DNA of 64,000 bases from Candidatus Omnitrophota bacterium (GTDB lineage Bacteria; Omnitrophota; Gorgyraeia; 2-01-FULL-45-10). A program made the position numbers and the translations under genes. A model generated the notes under the pieces. The model was not told where the DNA came from. It did not search any database and saw nothing but the letters and a program-made list of their open reading frames with translations. Location: assembly GCA_028699255.1 (NCBI GenBank), contig JAQVUX010000003.1, positions 146,654 through 210,653 on the forward strand, in the 5' to 3' direction. Shown here one piece after another: positions 9,445 to 19,725 of the stretch (positions are counted from its first letter, which is position 1; every line of letters begins with the position of its first letter).

Positions 9445-10662
9445 ATGGCAAAGAAGACGATAAAAGACGTGGATTTAAAGGGCAAGAGGGCTCTTATCCG
9501 GGTCGATTTTAACGTTCCCCTCGATGACAATCTGAATATAACCGACGATATAAGGATACGGTCAGCCGTTCCTACTATAAAATACGCGTTGGATAAAGGC
9601 GCAAAAGTCATTCTCATGAGCCATCTCGGCAGGCCGGATGGAAAGCCGGACGAGGCTCTGCGGTTGTCTCCTGCGGCAAAACGTCTGCGGGAACTTCTTG
9701 GTAGGCCCGTTACCGCTCTTAAAGATTGCGTAGGCAGTGATGTGGAAAAAGCGGTTTCGGACATGAAGCCCGGCGATGTTATATTGCTCGAGAATTTGAG
9801 GTTCCACGCCGAAGAAGAGAAGAACGACCCCGCCTTCGCTAAAAAGCTCGCGTCCTTAGGCGACGTATTTATCAACGACGCGTTCGGCACAGCCCACAGG
9901 GCGCATGCGTCGACGGAAGGAGTTACGCACTACCTGCCGTCTGTTGCCGGGTTCCTATTGGAGAAAGAGATACAGTATCTCGGCAATACCGTTGCCGATC
10001 CGAAGAGGCCGTTCGTCGCGATACTCGGCGGAGCGAAGGTCAAAGACAAGATAAAGGTTATAGATAATCTGCTCGATAAGGTCGACGCGCTTCTTATAGG
10101 CGGCGGCATGGCGTACACATTCCTGAAAGCGCAGGGCAAGACTATAGGTTCTTCCAAGCTGGATAAAGACGGCCTCGAGACGGCTAAGAACGCGCTCGAT
10201 AAAGCCACTAAAAAGAAGATACCGATATTGCTTCCTGTCGACAACGTCATCGCGGATAAATTTGACGCGAATGCCGAAACACAGATCGTCGGTGAGAATA
10301 TACCGGACGGATGGATGGGGCTCGACATAGGCCCGAAGACGATAAAGCTTTTTGAAGACAAGCTGAAAACCGCCAAAACCATTCTATGGAACGGGCCGGT
10401 CGGCGTATTCGAAATGGATAAGTTTGCCAAAGGTACCGAAGAAGTCGCGAAGTTCATAGCGGGCCTTAAAGGCGCTATTTCTATTATAGGCGGCGGAGAC
10501 ACGGCCGCGGCCATGGCTAAGTTCAAAGTTGACGGCAAAATGACACACATATCGACGGGCGGCGGCGCTTCGCTGGAATATCTCGAAGGGCGCGGCCTTC
10601 CGGGGATAGACGCGCTGATGGATAAAGGCTGTTCCTGCTGTAGTTGCGGAGGGGCGAAATAA
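9445..10662 (+). CDS. pgk: Phosphoglycerate kinase with an unusual Cys-rich C-terminal tail ([11 protein letters not shown])
   Basis: The full PGK fold is recognisable: [38 protein letters not shown]. Confidence 0.95.
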   Translation: MAKKTIKDVDLKGKRALIRVDFNVPLDDNLNITDDIRIRSAVPTIKYALDKGAKVILMSHLGRPDGKPDEALRLSPAAKRLRELLGRPVTALKDCVGSDVEKAVSDMKPGDVILLENLRFHAEEEKNDPAFAKKLASLGDVFINDAFGTAHRAHASTEGVTHYLPSVAGFLLEKEIQYLGNTVADPKRPFVAILGGAKVKDKIKVIDNLLDKVDALLIGGGMAYTFLKAQGKTIGSSKLDKDGLETAKNALDKATKKKIPILLPVDNVIADKFDANAETQIVGENIPDGWMGLDIGPKTIKLFEDKLKTAKTILWNGPVGVFEMDKFAKGTEEVAKFIAGLKGAISIIGGGDTAAAMAKFKVDGKMTHISTGGGASLEYLEGRGLPGIDALMDKGCSCCSCGGAK

Positions 10663-10664
10663 TA

Positions 10665-11420
10665 ATGAGACGGATAATAATCGCGGGTAACTGGAAGATG
10701 AATAAGAACATAGCGGAATCGATCGATCTTGCCAATTCCGTAAAGAGGCTATTATACGATACCGAAGGCATAGAGATAGTGGTATGTCCGCCATTCGTAT
10801 CCTTGAGCGATGTCAATGAGGTCGTCATGGAATCGAATATCGGCCTCGGAGCGCAGGATGTTTACTGGGAGAAGGAAGGCGCGTTCACGGGCGAGGTATC
10901 CTGCGGAATGCTGAAGAGCGCCGCCTGCGGATACTGCATAGTGGGGCATTCGGAGAGAAGGCAGTTTTTCGGCGAGACGAATACTATGGTAAATAAAAAG
11001 GCAAAAGCTCTTCTGGCCGCGGGCATTAAACCTATCGTTTGTGTCGGGGAGAAGCTCGAAGATAGAAAAGCCAATAAAACATTCAATGTAATAAAGGATC
11101 ATATTGCCGGTTCGCTTGCCGGATTAACGAAAGAGGACATGGAGAGCGTAATCATAGCTTACGAGCCGGTCTGGGCGATAGGAACCGGTGTTAACGCTAC
11201 CAAGGAGCAGGCCCAGGAAGTACATAAATATATACGCGGCCTCATAAAAGAGATGTTCGATGATTCCGTCGCGAAATCCGTGAGGATACAATACGGCGGT
11301 AGTGTGAAGCCGGAGAACGCGAAGGAACTTATGTCGCAGGAAGATGTCGACGGTGCGCTTGTAGGCGGGGCGAGCCTGAAGGCGGAGACATTCGCCCAGA
11401 TAGTGCGTAACTGTTTATAA
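10665..11420 (+). CDS. tpiA: Triosephosphate isomerase
   Basis: AGNWKMN, IVGHSERR, AYEPVWAIGTG. The ATG at 10665 sits directly after the pgk stop (taataATG). The tabulated start at 10644 is unlikely. Confidence 0.95.
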   Translation: MRRIIIAGNWKMNKNIAESIDLANSVKRLLYDTEGIEIVVCPPFVSLSDVNEVVMESNIGLGAQDVYWEKEGAFTGEVSCGMLKSAACGYCIVGHSERRQFFGETNTMVNKKAKALLAAGIKPIVCVGEKLEDRKANKTFNVIKDHIAGSLAGLTKEDMESVIIAYEPVWAIGTGVNATKEQAQEVHKYIRGLIKEMFDDSVAKSVRIQYGGSVKPENAKELMSQEDVDGALVGGASLKAETFAQIVRNCL

Positions 11421-11447
11421 AGCGAATAACTAAAGAGCGAGGTTGAT

Positions 11448-11768
11448 ATGTTATACGGGTTGGTCATTGCGATACACGTGATAGCGTCGTTGGTGCTGAT
11501 AGCCGTTATATTACTGCAGGCGGGCCGCGGCGGTGGGTTAAGCGAAACATTCGGCGGTAGCTCGACACAGACGCTTTTCGGCACGAAGACGTCGGTTTTC
11601 TTGGCGCGCGCTACGGCGGCCTCGGCGATAATTTATATAATTACATGCCTTGCGCTGGCAGTCATGACGAGCCACCAGAGCAAATCTCTGGTGTCGCAGG
11701 GTACCACGATGCCTATGCCTGTCCAGGGCGGCGCAAATCCTTTAGCCGACGAGCCGATGGATTTCTAA
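11448..11768 (+). CDS. secG: Preprotein translocase subunit SecG
   Basis: LLQ.GRGGGLS...FGG motif between two TM helices, in the conserved position after tpiA. Confidence 0.85.
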   Translation: MLYGLVIAIHVIASLVLIAVILLQAGRGGGLSETFGGSSTQTLFGTKTSVFLARATAASAIIYIITCLALAVMTSHQSKSLVSQGTTMPMPVQGGANPLADEPMDF

Positions 11769-11785
11769 GAAATGATGAGATAAAT

Positions 11786-13390
11786 ATGTTCGTTGTACGA
11801 AAGATAAAAATACCGCTGATTATCCTGGCGGTATTTTTTTTGTTCTCATCCGGTTCGTCGGGCGCTTCCGATGACCCGCATGGCGATGCCATAGTCGTAA
11901 GTTCTATAAGCGATCCCAGAACGCTTATTCCGATACTTGCTTCGGATTCGGCCTCAAGCGATATCTGTGGCATGATATTTAACGGCCTTATCAAATACGA
12001 TAAAACCGTTCGCATAACAGGCGATCTCGCCGAGAATTGGGAAATCTTAGACGGCGGCGCTGTCATAGTATTCCATCTGAAAAAAAATGTGCGCTGGCAT
12101 GACGGCGCGCCATTTACCGCAAAAGACGTACTATTCACGTACGAAAAATTGGTTGATCCCGTAGTAAAGACGCCGTACAGCGGTGATTTCGACAGGATAA
12201 AATCGGTAGAAATCCCGGACGAGTATACGGTTAAAATTATTTACAAGGAGCCGTTCGCGCCGGCGCTTTCCAGCTGGGGCATGTGGATAATGCCGGAACA
12301 TTTACTGAAAGGCGAAGATCTGAATAAGTCGTCTTTTTCGCGTAATCCCATAGGTACCGGGCCGTATAAGTTCAAATCGTGGAGGACGGGAGAGAAGATA
12401 GAGCTCGTCTCGAATCGCGACTATTTCGAAGGAAGGCCTTATATCGATAGATACATATACCGCATAATACCCGACGACGCCACGATATTTCTCGAACTCC
12501 AGACGCAGGGCGTGGATATGGCCGGGCTATCGCCTCTGCAATATGCGCGGCAGACGGGTAACAAATTCTTCCGCGGGCATTATAATAAATTCAGATATCC
12601 AGGTTTCGGTTATACCTATATGGCTTACAATCTCGCCGATCCGAGATTCGGCGACATCAGGGTGCGGCAGGCTATAAACTACGCCGTCGATAAAGACGCG
12701 ATGGTGAAGGCGATATTCTTCGGCCTCGCCGAGGTTACGACCGGGCCTTTTATGAAGGATTCGTGGGCGTACAATAAGGATGTGAAGCCAGCTCCGTACA
12801 ACATCGCGAAGGCAAGGGCGCTTTTGCGCGAAGCGGGTTGGGAGGATACCGATAAGGACGGGTGGGTCGAAAAGGAGAGAAGGGTTTTCGAGTTCACGAT
12901 CCTCGTAAATCAGGGAAACGGTGAGCGGCAACGCGCCGCCGAGATGATACAGAATGACCTTAAAGCCGTCGGGATAAGGATGAAGATACGCGTCGTCGAG
13001 TGGAGCACGCTCATCGGCGAATTCCTGGGCAAGAAGCGTTTTGAGGCGGTGCTCATGGGATGGTTCCTCGGCCGCGACCCGGATAATTACGATATATGGC
13101 ATTCGTCAAAGACTCGAGAGGGGGAGTTTAATTTTATCGGGTATAAAAACGCGGAGGTCGACCGCCTGCTTGCGGAAGGCCGGCGCACGTTCGACGAAGC
13201 AAGGCGCGCGGCGATATACCGCCGGGTGCATGAGATCATCTACGCGGATCAGCCGTACATGTTCCTCTATTCGGCCGATATGTTGCCGATAGTGAATTCG
13301 CGCTTCCGTAACGTCGAATCCTCGCCCATCGGCATCGGGTACAATTTTATAAAGTGGTACGTGCCGAAAAGTGAGCAACGATACAGGTAA
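11786..13390 (+). CDS. ABC transporter substrate-binding protein, family 5 (oligopeptide/dipeptide/nickel, OppA/DppA-like)
   Basis: A signal peptide starts at the ATG at 11786 (MFVVRKIKIPLIILAVFF). Family 5 SBP fold motifs follow (NPIGTGPYKF, W.SNRDYF). The tabulated start at 11645 overlaps secG. Confidence 0.8.
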   Translation: MFVVRKIKIPLIILAVFFLFSSGSSGASDDPHGDAIVVSSISDPRTLIPILASDSASSDICGMIFNGLIKYDKTVRITGDLAENWEILDGGAVIVFHLKKNVRWHDGAPFTAKDVLFTYEKLVDPVVKTPYSGDFDRIKSVEIPDEYTVKIIYKEPFAPALSSWGMWIMPEHLLKGEDLNKSSFSRNPIGTGPYKFKSWRTGEKIELVSNRDYFEGRPYIDRYIYRIIPDDATIFLELQTQGVDMAGLSPLQYARQTGNKFFRGHYNKFRYPGFGYTYMAYNLADPRFGDIRVRQAINYAVDKDAMVKAIFFGLAEVTTGPFMKDSWAYNKDVKPAPYNIAKARALLREAGWEDTDKDGWVEKERRVFEFTILVNQGNGERQRAAEMIQNDLKAVGIRMKIRVVEWSTLIGEFLGKKRFEAVLMGWFLGRDPDNYDIWHSSKTREGEFNFIGYKNAEVDRLLAEGRRTFDEARRAAIYRRVHEIIYADQPYMFLYSADMLPIVNSRFRNVESSPIGIGYNFIKWYVPKSEQRYR

Positions 13391-13545
13391 AATTTCCTCT
13401 TGTAAGGAGTGGAAAATTTAATCGGTGCCGTCGTGGCGTGAGAGGGCACCCCCGGAGTGGAAAAACGTAGTATATTCTTCGAGCGAGGACAAAATTATTC
13501 CGAGTATTCGAAGAATAATTTTGGACGAGTCGAGAAGTTCATTTT

Positions 13546-13911
13546 ATGAATCAATGGAAATGGTATGTTTATATAATCGAATGCAAGGACGGCACATACT
13601 ATACGGGAATGACTTGGAAACCCGACCTCAGATATGATCAGCATCTTTCCGGTCTGGGTGGAGTCTATACTGCAAAGCATGGTGTGAAAAAAATGGCTTA
13701 TATCGAGGAACATGAGGAGATTGAGGCGGCACGAACGAGAGAAAAACAAATTAAAGGATGGGGCCAGAAAAAGAAGAGGAAATTAATATCGGGGCAGTGG
13801 GGGGAAATAGTGGTAGTATTTTGTTTAGTTGCTTTGGATGTTCTCGACTCGCTCCTGCTTCGGCTTCGCCTCGCAGTCGCTCGCTCGAACAATAATATTT
13901 TGGAAGATTGA
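13546..13911 (+). CDS. GIY-YIG nuclease superfamily protein (YhbQ/UPF0213-like) with a repeat-derived C-terminal extension
   Basis: [18 protein letters not shown]...RY.QH..G.G..YT matches the GIY-YIG core. The last ~35 codons run through a degenerate copy of the palindromic repeat family at 13845-13895. Confidence 0.7.
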   Translation: MNQWKWYVYIIECKDGTYYTGMTWKPDLRYDQHLSGLGGVYTAKHGVKKMAYIEEHEEIEAARTREKQIKGWGQKKKRKLISGQWGEIVVVFCLVALDVLDSLLLRLRLAVARSNNNILED

Positions 13912-13925
13912 AGATTAAGGAAAAA

Positions 13926-14906
13926 ATGTTGCATTACATCGCTAAAAGATTGGCGGGGCTCATACCGGTATTTTTCGGGATAACGATAGTCTCGTTCCTC
14001 GTGATACATATCGCGCCGGGAAAACCGACCGACATGCAGACGAGCTTAAACCCGAAGGTATCTTTCGAGGCGCGCGAGCGGCTTGACAAATTGTATGGGC
14101 TCGACAAGCCGCTTCACGTCCAGTACTTCGATTGGTTCAAGCGCTTCTGCTTTTTCGACTTCGGACGCTCGTACGTCGACGATAGGCCCGTCGCTTCCAA
14201 GATCGCCGAACGCATCCCGATAACACTGCTCATAAACGCGCTGGCGATGATATTGATATTAGCTGTCGGGATACCTCTGGGCGTTATCTCGGCGGTAAAA
14301 CGCGGTTCGTTCCTCGACAAGTCCACAGCCGTTATCGCTTTTATCGGATTCTCCGTGCCGGAGTTCTGGCTCGCCCTGCTTTTAATGAGTTTATTCGCGA
14401 TAAATTTAAATTGGCTTCCGATATCGGGCATCAAATCCCTCGATTTCGAATATTATTCCATAACCGGAAAGATATTGGACGTCGCCAGGCACCTGATACT
14501 GCCGGTGGCGATAACGGCGTTCGGGGCTCTGGCGGGCATCTCCAGGTACATGCGCTCGGCCATGATCGGTGTTATCCATCAGGACTATATCAGGACGGCG
14601 CGCGCGAAAGGTCTCGACGAGCGGCAGGTCATATACCGGCACGCGCTGAAGAACGCGGCGTTACCGGTCATCACGATATTGGGATTGTCCGTTCCCGGGC
14701 TCATAGGCGGCAGTGTCATATTCGAATCGATATTCGCCATCCCGGGGATGGGCCGGTTATTTTATGAATCCGTTATGGCGAGGGACTACCCGACGATAAT
14801 GGGCATCCTCTCGATAGGCGCGATACTTACTTTACTGGGAAATCTCCTCGCCGATATAGCGTACTCATACGCCGATCCGAGGATACGCGTTACGGAGACA
14901 GAATGA
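13926..14906 (+). CDS. ABC transporter permease (OppB/DppB-like)
   Basis: Six TM segments and an EAA-like motif. The ATG at 13926 follows RBS aaggaaaaa. The tabulated TTG at 13908 is less likely. Confidence 0.85.
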   Translation: MLHYIAKRLAGLIPVFFGITIVSFLVIHIAPGKPTDMQTSLNPKVSFEARERLDKLYGLDKPLHVQYFDWFKRFCFFDFGRSYVDDRPVASKIAERIPITLLINALAMILILAVGIPLGVISAVKRGSFLDKSTAVIAFIGFSVPEFWLALLLMSLFAINLNWLPISGIKSLDFEYYSITGKILDVARHLILPVAITAFGALAGISRYMRSAMIGVIHQDYIRTARAKGLDERQVIYRHALKNAALPVITILGLSVPGLIGGSVIFESIFAIPGMGRLFYESVMARDYPTIMGILSIGAILTLLGNLLADIAYSYADPRIRVTETE

Positions 14907-15715
14907 AGAATAAGCTGACACTGACGGCGCTTTTATTCATAACCGTGATACTGCTATTCGCGCTCTTCGCGCCTTTGATAGCGCGATACGATCCGTCGGC
15001 GATAGATACGAATGCCATACTCCAGGGCCCGTCGGGCGCGCACATATTCGGGACCGATACGCTCGGCCGCGATATTTTCTCCCGTATAGTATATGGCTCG
15101 AGGATATCGCTCTCCATCGGATTTATCGCTGTGGGCATAGCGGTAGTTATAGGATTATTCTTCGGTTCTATCGCCGGATATTACGGCGGCAGGGTGGACT
15201 CTATCATAATGCGTTTTGTCGATATCATGCTTTGCTTCCCGACGTTCTTTCTGATACTTGCCGTGATAGCGATACTCGAGCCGTCGATATTCAATATCAT
15301 GGCCGTCATAGGCGCCACGAGCTGGATGGGCACCTCGCGCCTCGTGCGAGCCGAAATATTAGCGCTCAAAGAGCGTGATTTTATTTCCGCCGCGCGGGTC
15401 ATGGGCGCCGGAGACGTGTGGATAATAGTCCGGCACCTGATCCCCAACGCGATAGGCCCCGTACTCGTGAGCGCCACTCTCGGCATAGGCGGCGCCATAC
15501 TTACGGAGTCGGCATTGAGTTTCCTGGGTATCGGCGTTCAACCGCCGACGCCGAGCTGGGGCAATATCCTGATGGACGGCAAATCGACCCTGGGAGTGGC
15601 ATGGTGGCTTACGGTATTCCCGGGGCTATTCATATTATTTACGGTGCTTTCGTATAATCTCCTGAGTGAAGCTTTGCGCGACAATCTGGATCCGCGTACG
15701 AAGGAAACCATATGA
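14903..15715 (+). CDS. ABC transporter permease (OppC/DppC-like)
   Basis: BPD-transporter permease core; translationally coupled to the neighbouring genes by ATGA overlaps. Confidence 0.85.
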   Translation: MKNKLTLTALLFITVILLFALFAPLIARYDPSAIDTNAILQGPSGAHIFGTDTLGRDIFSRIVYGSRISLSIGFIAVGIAVVIGLFFGSIAGYYGGRVDSIIMRFVDIMLCFPTFFLILAVIAILEPSIFNIMAVIGATSWMGTSRLVRAEILALKERDFISAARVMGAGDVWIIVRHLIPNAIGPVLVSATLGIGGAILTESALSFLGIGVQPPTPSWGNILMDGKSTLGVAWWLTVFPGLFILFTVLSYNLLSEALRDNLDPRTKETI

Positions 15716-16497
15716 AGATATTGCAGGTAAATGATCTTAAGGTGTATTTTACTGCCGCCCGGGGCGTAGTGAAGGCCGTCGACGGCGTAAGTTTCGACAT
15801 AGAAAAAAATAAGGTCTTCGGGCTCGTCGGGGAATCGGGTTCAGGCAAGACGATGACGGCGCTTGCGCTACTTAAACTGGTTTCAGCGCCCGGCGCGACA
15901 GTAAGCGGTAATGTTATATTCTCCGGCGCCGATCTTTTTAAATTGAAAGATGAGCCTCTGCGCGCTGTGCGCGGATCAAAGATAGCGATGGTCTTTCAGG
16001 ATCCGTCGAGTTCGTTCAACCCGGTGTTTACCGTAGGCCGGCAGGTGGCCGAGGCCGTGCTGGCGCATCGCGCCATGCCCTACGCGAAGGCAAAAGAGAT
16101 CGCGCTCGAATATCTGAGGCGAGTCCACCTGCGCGACCCGCTGAGGATATTCGATGATTACCCGCACCAGCTCTCCGGTGGCACCAAACAACGGATCATG
16201 ATAGCCATGGCGCTTGTCAATTCGCCGGAACTTCTTATCCTCGACGAGCCGACGACGGCTTTGGATGTAACGATACAGGCTCAGATACTCGAGCTTCTCG
16301 AGGAGATAATAGAAAAAGAGAAGCTGTCGATACTCTTTATCAGCCATGATTTCGGCATAATCGCTCGGATGTGCGATGAGGTTGGTGTGATGTATAAAGG
16401 AAAGATGGTCGAGCGGGGATATACGAAAAATATATTGAATGCTCCGCGGGAGAAATACACGATATCGCTTTTGGAGTCGGTGAAGGCGCTTATATGA
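15712..16497 (+). CDS. ABC transporter ATP-binding protein (OppD/DppD-like)
   Basis: Walker A GESGSGKT, signature LSGGTKQR, Walker B ILDEPT. Confidence 0.9.
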   Translation: MKILQVNDLKVYFTAARGVVKAVDGVSFDIEKNKVFGLVGESGSGKTMTALALLKLVSAPGATVSGNVIFSGADLFKLKDEPLRAVRGSKIAMVFQDPSSSFNPVFTVGRQVAEAVLAHRAMPYAKAKEIALEYLRRVHLRDPLRIFDDYPHQLSGGTKQRIMIAMALVNSPELLILDEPTTALDVTIQAQILELLEEIIEKEKLSILFISHDFGIIARMCDEVGVMYKGKMVERGYTKNILNAPREKYTISLLESVKALI

Positions 16498-17240
16498 GCA
16501 TATTGATATGCGATAATTTAAAAAAATATTTCCCGGTACGCAGAGGATATCTCCGAAAGGACTTCGGTACGGTCAAAGCCGTCGACGGCGTAAGTTTCGA
16601 GATAGCCGCGGGAGAGACTTTCGGGCTCGTCGGGGAATCCGCCTGCGGCAAGACGACTTTGGGAAAGCTCATCCTCGGTATCTTAAAGCCGGATTCGGGC
16701 GGGGTGAAACTGTCGACCCGTCGCCGCCAGGTGATATTCCAGGACCCGCATAGTTCGCTCGATCCGAAGATGCGGGTGCGCGATATAATAGCGGAAGGGC
16801 TTTTACTGCACGGCGCAGTAACGCGTAGACTGGAGATAGATAAAAAAGTCCGCGACGCGCTCGGGTTAGTTAATCTGCTCGCGACATCCGCGGATAAATA
16901 TCCCCATCAATTTTCAGGAGGGGAGCGCCAGCGCATCGCGATAGCGCGCGCGGTGATAACCGGCCCGGAGTTTATCGTCTGCGACGAGCCTGTGTCGAGC
17001 TTAGACGTGACCGTGCAGTTGCAGATATTGAGACTTTTAAAAAAGATACAGAAGGATTTTAAAATAACTTATCTTTTTATAAGCCACGACCTGAGAGTGG
17101 TCAGATACATGTGCGACAGGGTTGCGGTAATGAAGGATGGGCGGATAATAGAAGAGGGCCCGGCCCGGTTGGTATATTCGAACCCGTCGGAGCCGTACAC
17201 CAGATTATTACTTTCATCGATTCCGGACTATAAAATATGA
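16494..17240 (+). CDS. ABC transporter ATP-binding protein (OppF/DppF-like)
   Basis: Walker A GESACGKTT, signature FSGGERQR, Walker B VCDEPVS. Confidence 0.9.
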   Translation: MSILICDNLKKYFPVRRGYLRKDFGTVKAVDGVSFEIAAGETFGLVGESACGKTTLGKLILGILKPDSGGVKLSTRRRQVIFQDPHSSLDPKMRVRDIIAEGLLLHGAVTRRLEIDKKVRDALGLVNLLATSADKYPHQFSGGERQRIAIARAVITGPEFIVCDEPVSSLDVTVQLQILRLLKKIQKDFKITYLFISHDLRVVRYMCDRVAVMKDGRIIEEGPARLVYSNPSEPYTRLLLSSIPDYKI

Positions 17241-17995
17241 ACCTTCGGGATAGAGCAAAGAAGATATTATATCTGCTTGAAGCCGCGTACGGCCGTCCCG
17301 CGCTGTTTGTCAAAGACGAGCCCGTGGATGTTCTTGTGCGCACGATATTGTCGCAAAATACGTCGGACAAAAACTCTGTCCCGGCTTTTAACGCGCTCAA
17401 AAAACATTTCGTGTCGTGGGAGAGGGCGCTTTGCGCGCCGGTACCGGAGATAACAGAGATAATAAAACATGCGGGCCTGGCGAATATAAAAGCGCGCAGG
17501 ATAAAAGCGGTTCTCGCGGAGATAAAAAAGCGCGAAGGCAGGATTGACTTGGCCGGTCTTGACCGTTTAGACGATGAAGGCGCGGGTGAATACCTCGAAT
17601 CGCTGGGCGGGGTGGGGCCGAAGACGGCCTCGTGCGTCCTTTTGTTCGCGTTCGATAGGCCCGTAATGCCGGTTGATACGCATATTTTCCGGGTGGCTAA
17701 ACGGTTGTCCCTTATAGGCGCCGGTACGGACATAAAACAGGCGCATAAAGCGTTGACAAAAATTATTCCAAAGGACTTGATATACGCCTTCCATTTATGT
17801 ATAATAGTGCACGGTCGCAGGACCTGCAAATCGCAAACCCCAAAGTGCGGGGTTTGTGTTGTTTATGGCCTTTGTGGATATGAAAAGAAATCCGTCATTG
17901 CGAGCGAAGCGAAGCAATCTAAAAACGAGATTGCTTCGGATTCGCCTGCCTTCGGCAGTCAGCCGCATCCTCGCAATGACGATGAAAGCGAGTAA
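17237..17995 (+). CDS. nth: Endonuclease III-family HhH-GPD DNA glycosylase with a [4Fe-4S] loop; the C-terminal ~35 aa are encoded by an inserted palindromic repeat
   Basis: HhH-GPD motifs (LVRTILSQNTSD, GVG.KTA) and a C-x6-C-x2-C-x5-C cluster (CKSQTPKCGVCVVYGLC). The tail VIASEAKQSKNEIASDS... coincides with the repeat at 17892-17981. Confidence 0.75.
   Translation: MNLRDRAKKILYLLEAAYGRPALFVKDEPVDVLVRTILSQNTSDKNSVPAFNALKKHFVSWERALCAPVPEITEIIKHAGLANIKARRIKAVLAEIKKREGRIDLAGLDRLDDEGAGEYLESLGGVGPKTASCVLLFAFDRPVMPVDTHIFRVAKRLSLIGAGTDIKQAHKALTKIIPKDLIYAFHLCIIVHGRRTCKSQTPKCGVCVVYGLCGYEKKSVIASEAKQSKNEIASDSPAFGSQPHPRNDDESE
17892..17981. repeat. Nested palindromic repeat, full copy: CGTCATTGCGAG-GAAGCAATCT-loop-AGATTGCTTC-CTCGCAATGACG
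   Basis: Seen directly. The outer inverted repeat is cgtcattgcgag/ctcgcaatgacg and the inner one is gaagcaatct/agattgcttcg. Related copies occur at 62181-62262, 24107-24145, 35085-35117 and 13845-13895. Confidence 0.8.
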
Positions 17996-17997
17996 GC

Positions 17998-18447
17998 GTG
18001 ATACGTAAGGCTAAGGTAACCGACGTTAAAAGGATCCAGGAACTTATCGGCTATTATGCCAAACGCGATAAGATGTTGCCGAGGTCGTTAAACGAGCTTT
18101 ATGAAAATATACGAGACTTCTTTGTATATGTGGACGGCAAAAAGGTCTGCGGATGTTGCGCGCTTCACATCGACTGGGAGGATCTTTCGGAAATAAAATC
18201 GCTGGCGGTCGCGCCGGGAAAATCGGGTAAGGGGATAGGCAGGAAGCTCCTGAACGAATGTATGAAAGAGGCGAAGACGCTCAAATTGAAAAAAGTCTTC
18301 GCCCTTACTTACGCGCCGGGTTTTTTCGAGAAGCTCGGATTTCATGTGATCAACAAATCCGACCTTCCGCATAAGATATGGAGCGAGTGCATTAAATGCG
18401 TCTATTTTCCGGGATGTAAGGAAATAGCCGTGATGAGGGAAATATAA
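17998..18447 (+). CDS. GNAT-family N-acetyltransferase (possibly a short amino-acid N-acetyltransferase)
   Basis: Acetyl-CoA-binding motif A: [20 protein letters not shown] start. Confidence 0.6.
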   Translation: MIRKAKVTDVKRIQELIGYYAKRDKMLPRSLNELYENIRDFFVYVDGKKVCGCCALHIDWEDLSEIKSLAVAPGKSGKGIGRKLLNECMKEAKTLKLKKVFALTYAPGFFEKLGFHVINKSDLPHKIWSECIKCVYFPGCKEIAVMREI

Positions 18448-19724
18448 TGGGATATACGATAACCGAAAAGATATTGCTGAAACACACGAAAGAAAAAGAG
18501 GTGCACCCCGGCAAGTTCATCGACGCTAAAGTCGATCTCTGTCTGGGTAACGACATCACCGCGCCGTTCGCTATAGAGGAGTTCGAGAAGCTCGGCACGA
18601 AGAAGGTGTTTGACAGGAACAGAGTTGTGCTTGTGCCAGACCATTTCGCGCCCGCTAAAGACATGAAGAGCGCCAATCAGTGCAAGGTGCTGGCTACATT
18701 CGCGAAAAAATACGGCGTGAAGAACTACTTCGAGATAGGCCGGATGGGGATAGAGCACGCGCTCCTGCCGGAGATGGGGCTCGTCCTGCCCGGAGATCTG
18801 GTGATAGGGGCGGACTCCCACACGTGCACTTACGGGGCCCTGGGCGCGTTCTCCTCGGGCGTGGGTTCGACGGATCTCGCCGCGGCTATTGCGACGGGTG
18901 AATGCTGGCTTAAAGTGCCGGAGTCGATGAAATTTGTTTACTACGGGAAATTGCCGAAATGGGTCGGCGGCAAAGACCTTATACTTTATACAATAGGTGA
19001 CATCGGAGTCGACGGGGCGCGTTACCGGGCGATGGAGTTCTGCGGCGAGACCATCGAATCTCTCGGTATAGACGATCGCCTGAGCATGTGCAACATGGCC
19101 ATAGAGGCCGGCGGGAAGAACGGTATCATAGCGCCGGATAAAATTACTTCAAAATATATAAAAGCGATAAAAAATAAACCGAGGCAGGGTTTCGGAAAAA
19201 TATACGAAAGCGATAAAGATGCCGTCTACGCCGCCGTCAAAGAGTATGACGTCAGGAAGATAACCGAGCCGGTCGTAGCGTGCCCGAATCTGCCGAGCAA
19301 CACAAAGCCGGTCAGCCGGCTTAAAAATGTCGCGGTCGACCAGGTCGTCATCGGCTCGTGCACGAACGGCAGGATAACGGACATGAGGCTTGCCGCGAAG
19401 ATACTGCGCGGCAAAAAAGTCAACCCGTCCGTCCGGCTGATAGTGATACCCGGGACGCAGAAGATATACTTGGAATGTGTGAATGAGGGGCTCGCGAAGA
19501 TATTTGTGGAAGCGGGCGGGGTATTCTCGACGCCGACCTGCGGGCCGTGCCTGGGCGGGCACATGGGCATCCTCGCCGAGGGCGAGACGGCCATCGCGAC
19601 GACCAATAGGAACTTCGTCGGCCGCATGGGGCATCCTAATAGCGCCGTTTATTTATCCAACCCGGCTGTCGCCGCGGCGACGGCAATAACCGGGAAGATC
19701 ACTCACCCGGACGAGGTGATGTAA
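18447..19724 (+). CDS. leuC: 3-isopropylmalate dehydratase large subunit (aconitase family, short archaeal-type LeuC/HacA)
   Basis: Aconitase-family Cys ligands ([15 protein letters not shown]). The 425 aa short form is followed by a small subunit gene. Confidence 0.8.
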   Translation: MGYTITEKILLKHTKEKEVHPGKFIDAKVDLCLGNDITAPFAIEEFEKLGTKKVFDRNRVVLVPDHFAPAKDMKSANQCKVLATFAKKYGVKNYFEIGRMGIEHALLPEMGLVLPGDLVIGADSHTCTYGALGAFSSGVGSTDLAAAIATGECWLKVPESMKFVYYGKLPKWVGGKDLILYTIGDIGVDGARYRAMEFCGETIESLGIDDRLSMCNMAIEAGGKNGIIAPDKITSKYIKAIKNKPRQGFGKIYESDKDAVYAAVKEYDVRKITEPVVACPNLPSNTKPVSRLKNVAVDQVVIGSCTNGRITDMRLAAKILRGKKVNPSVRLIVIPGTQKIYLECVNEGLAKIFVEAGGVFSTPTCGPCLGGHMGILAEGETAIATTNRNFVGRMGHPNSAVYLSNPAVAAATAITGKITHPDEVM

Positions 19725-19725
19725 T

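Noticed and set aside
11645-11785. Upstream extension of the substrate-binding protein ORF
   Set aside because: It overlaps secG in another frame. The signal peptide begins at the ATG at 11786.
17101-17829. 242 aa minus-strand ORF
   Set aside because: Antisense to the oppF ATPase and nth, both of which have clear motifs on the + strand. The translation is low-complexity.
18447-19724. Calling the aconitase-family gene a homoaconitase (lysine AAA pathway)
   Set aside because: A complete DAP-pathway lysine cluster is present in the same window, and leuB and asd are adjacent, so leuC/leuD is the more parsimonious assignment. Specificity cannot be proven from sequence alone.
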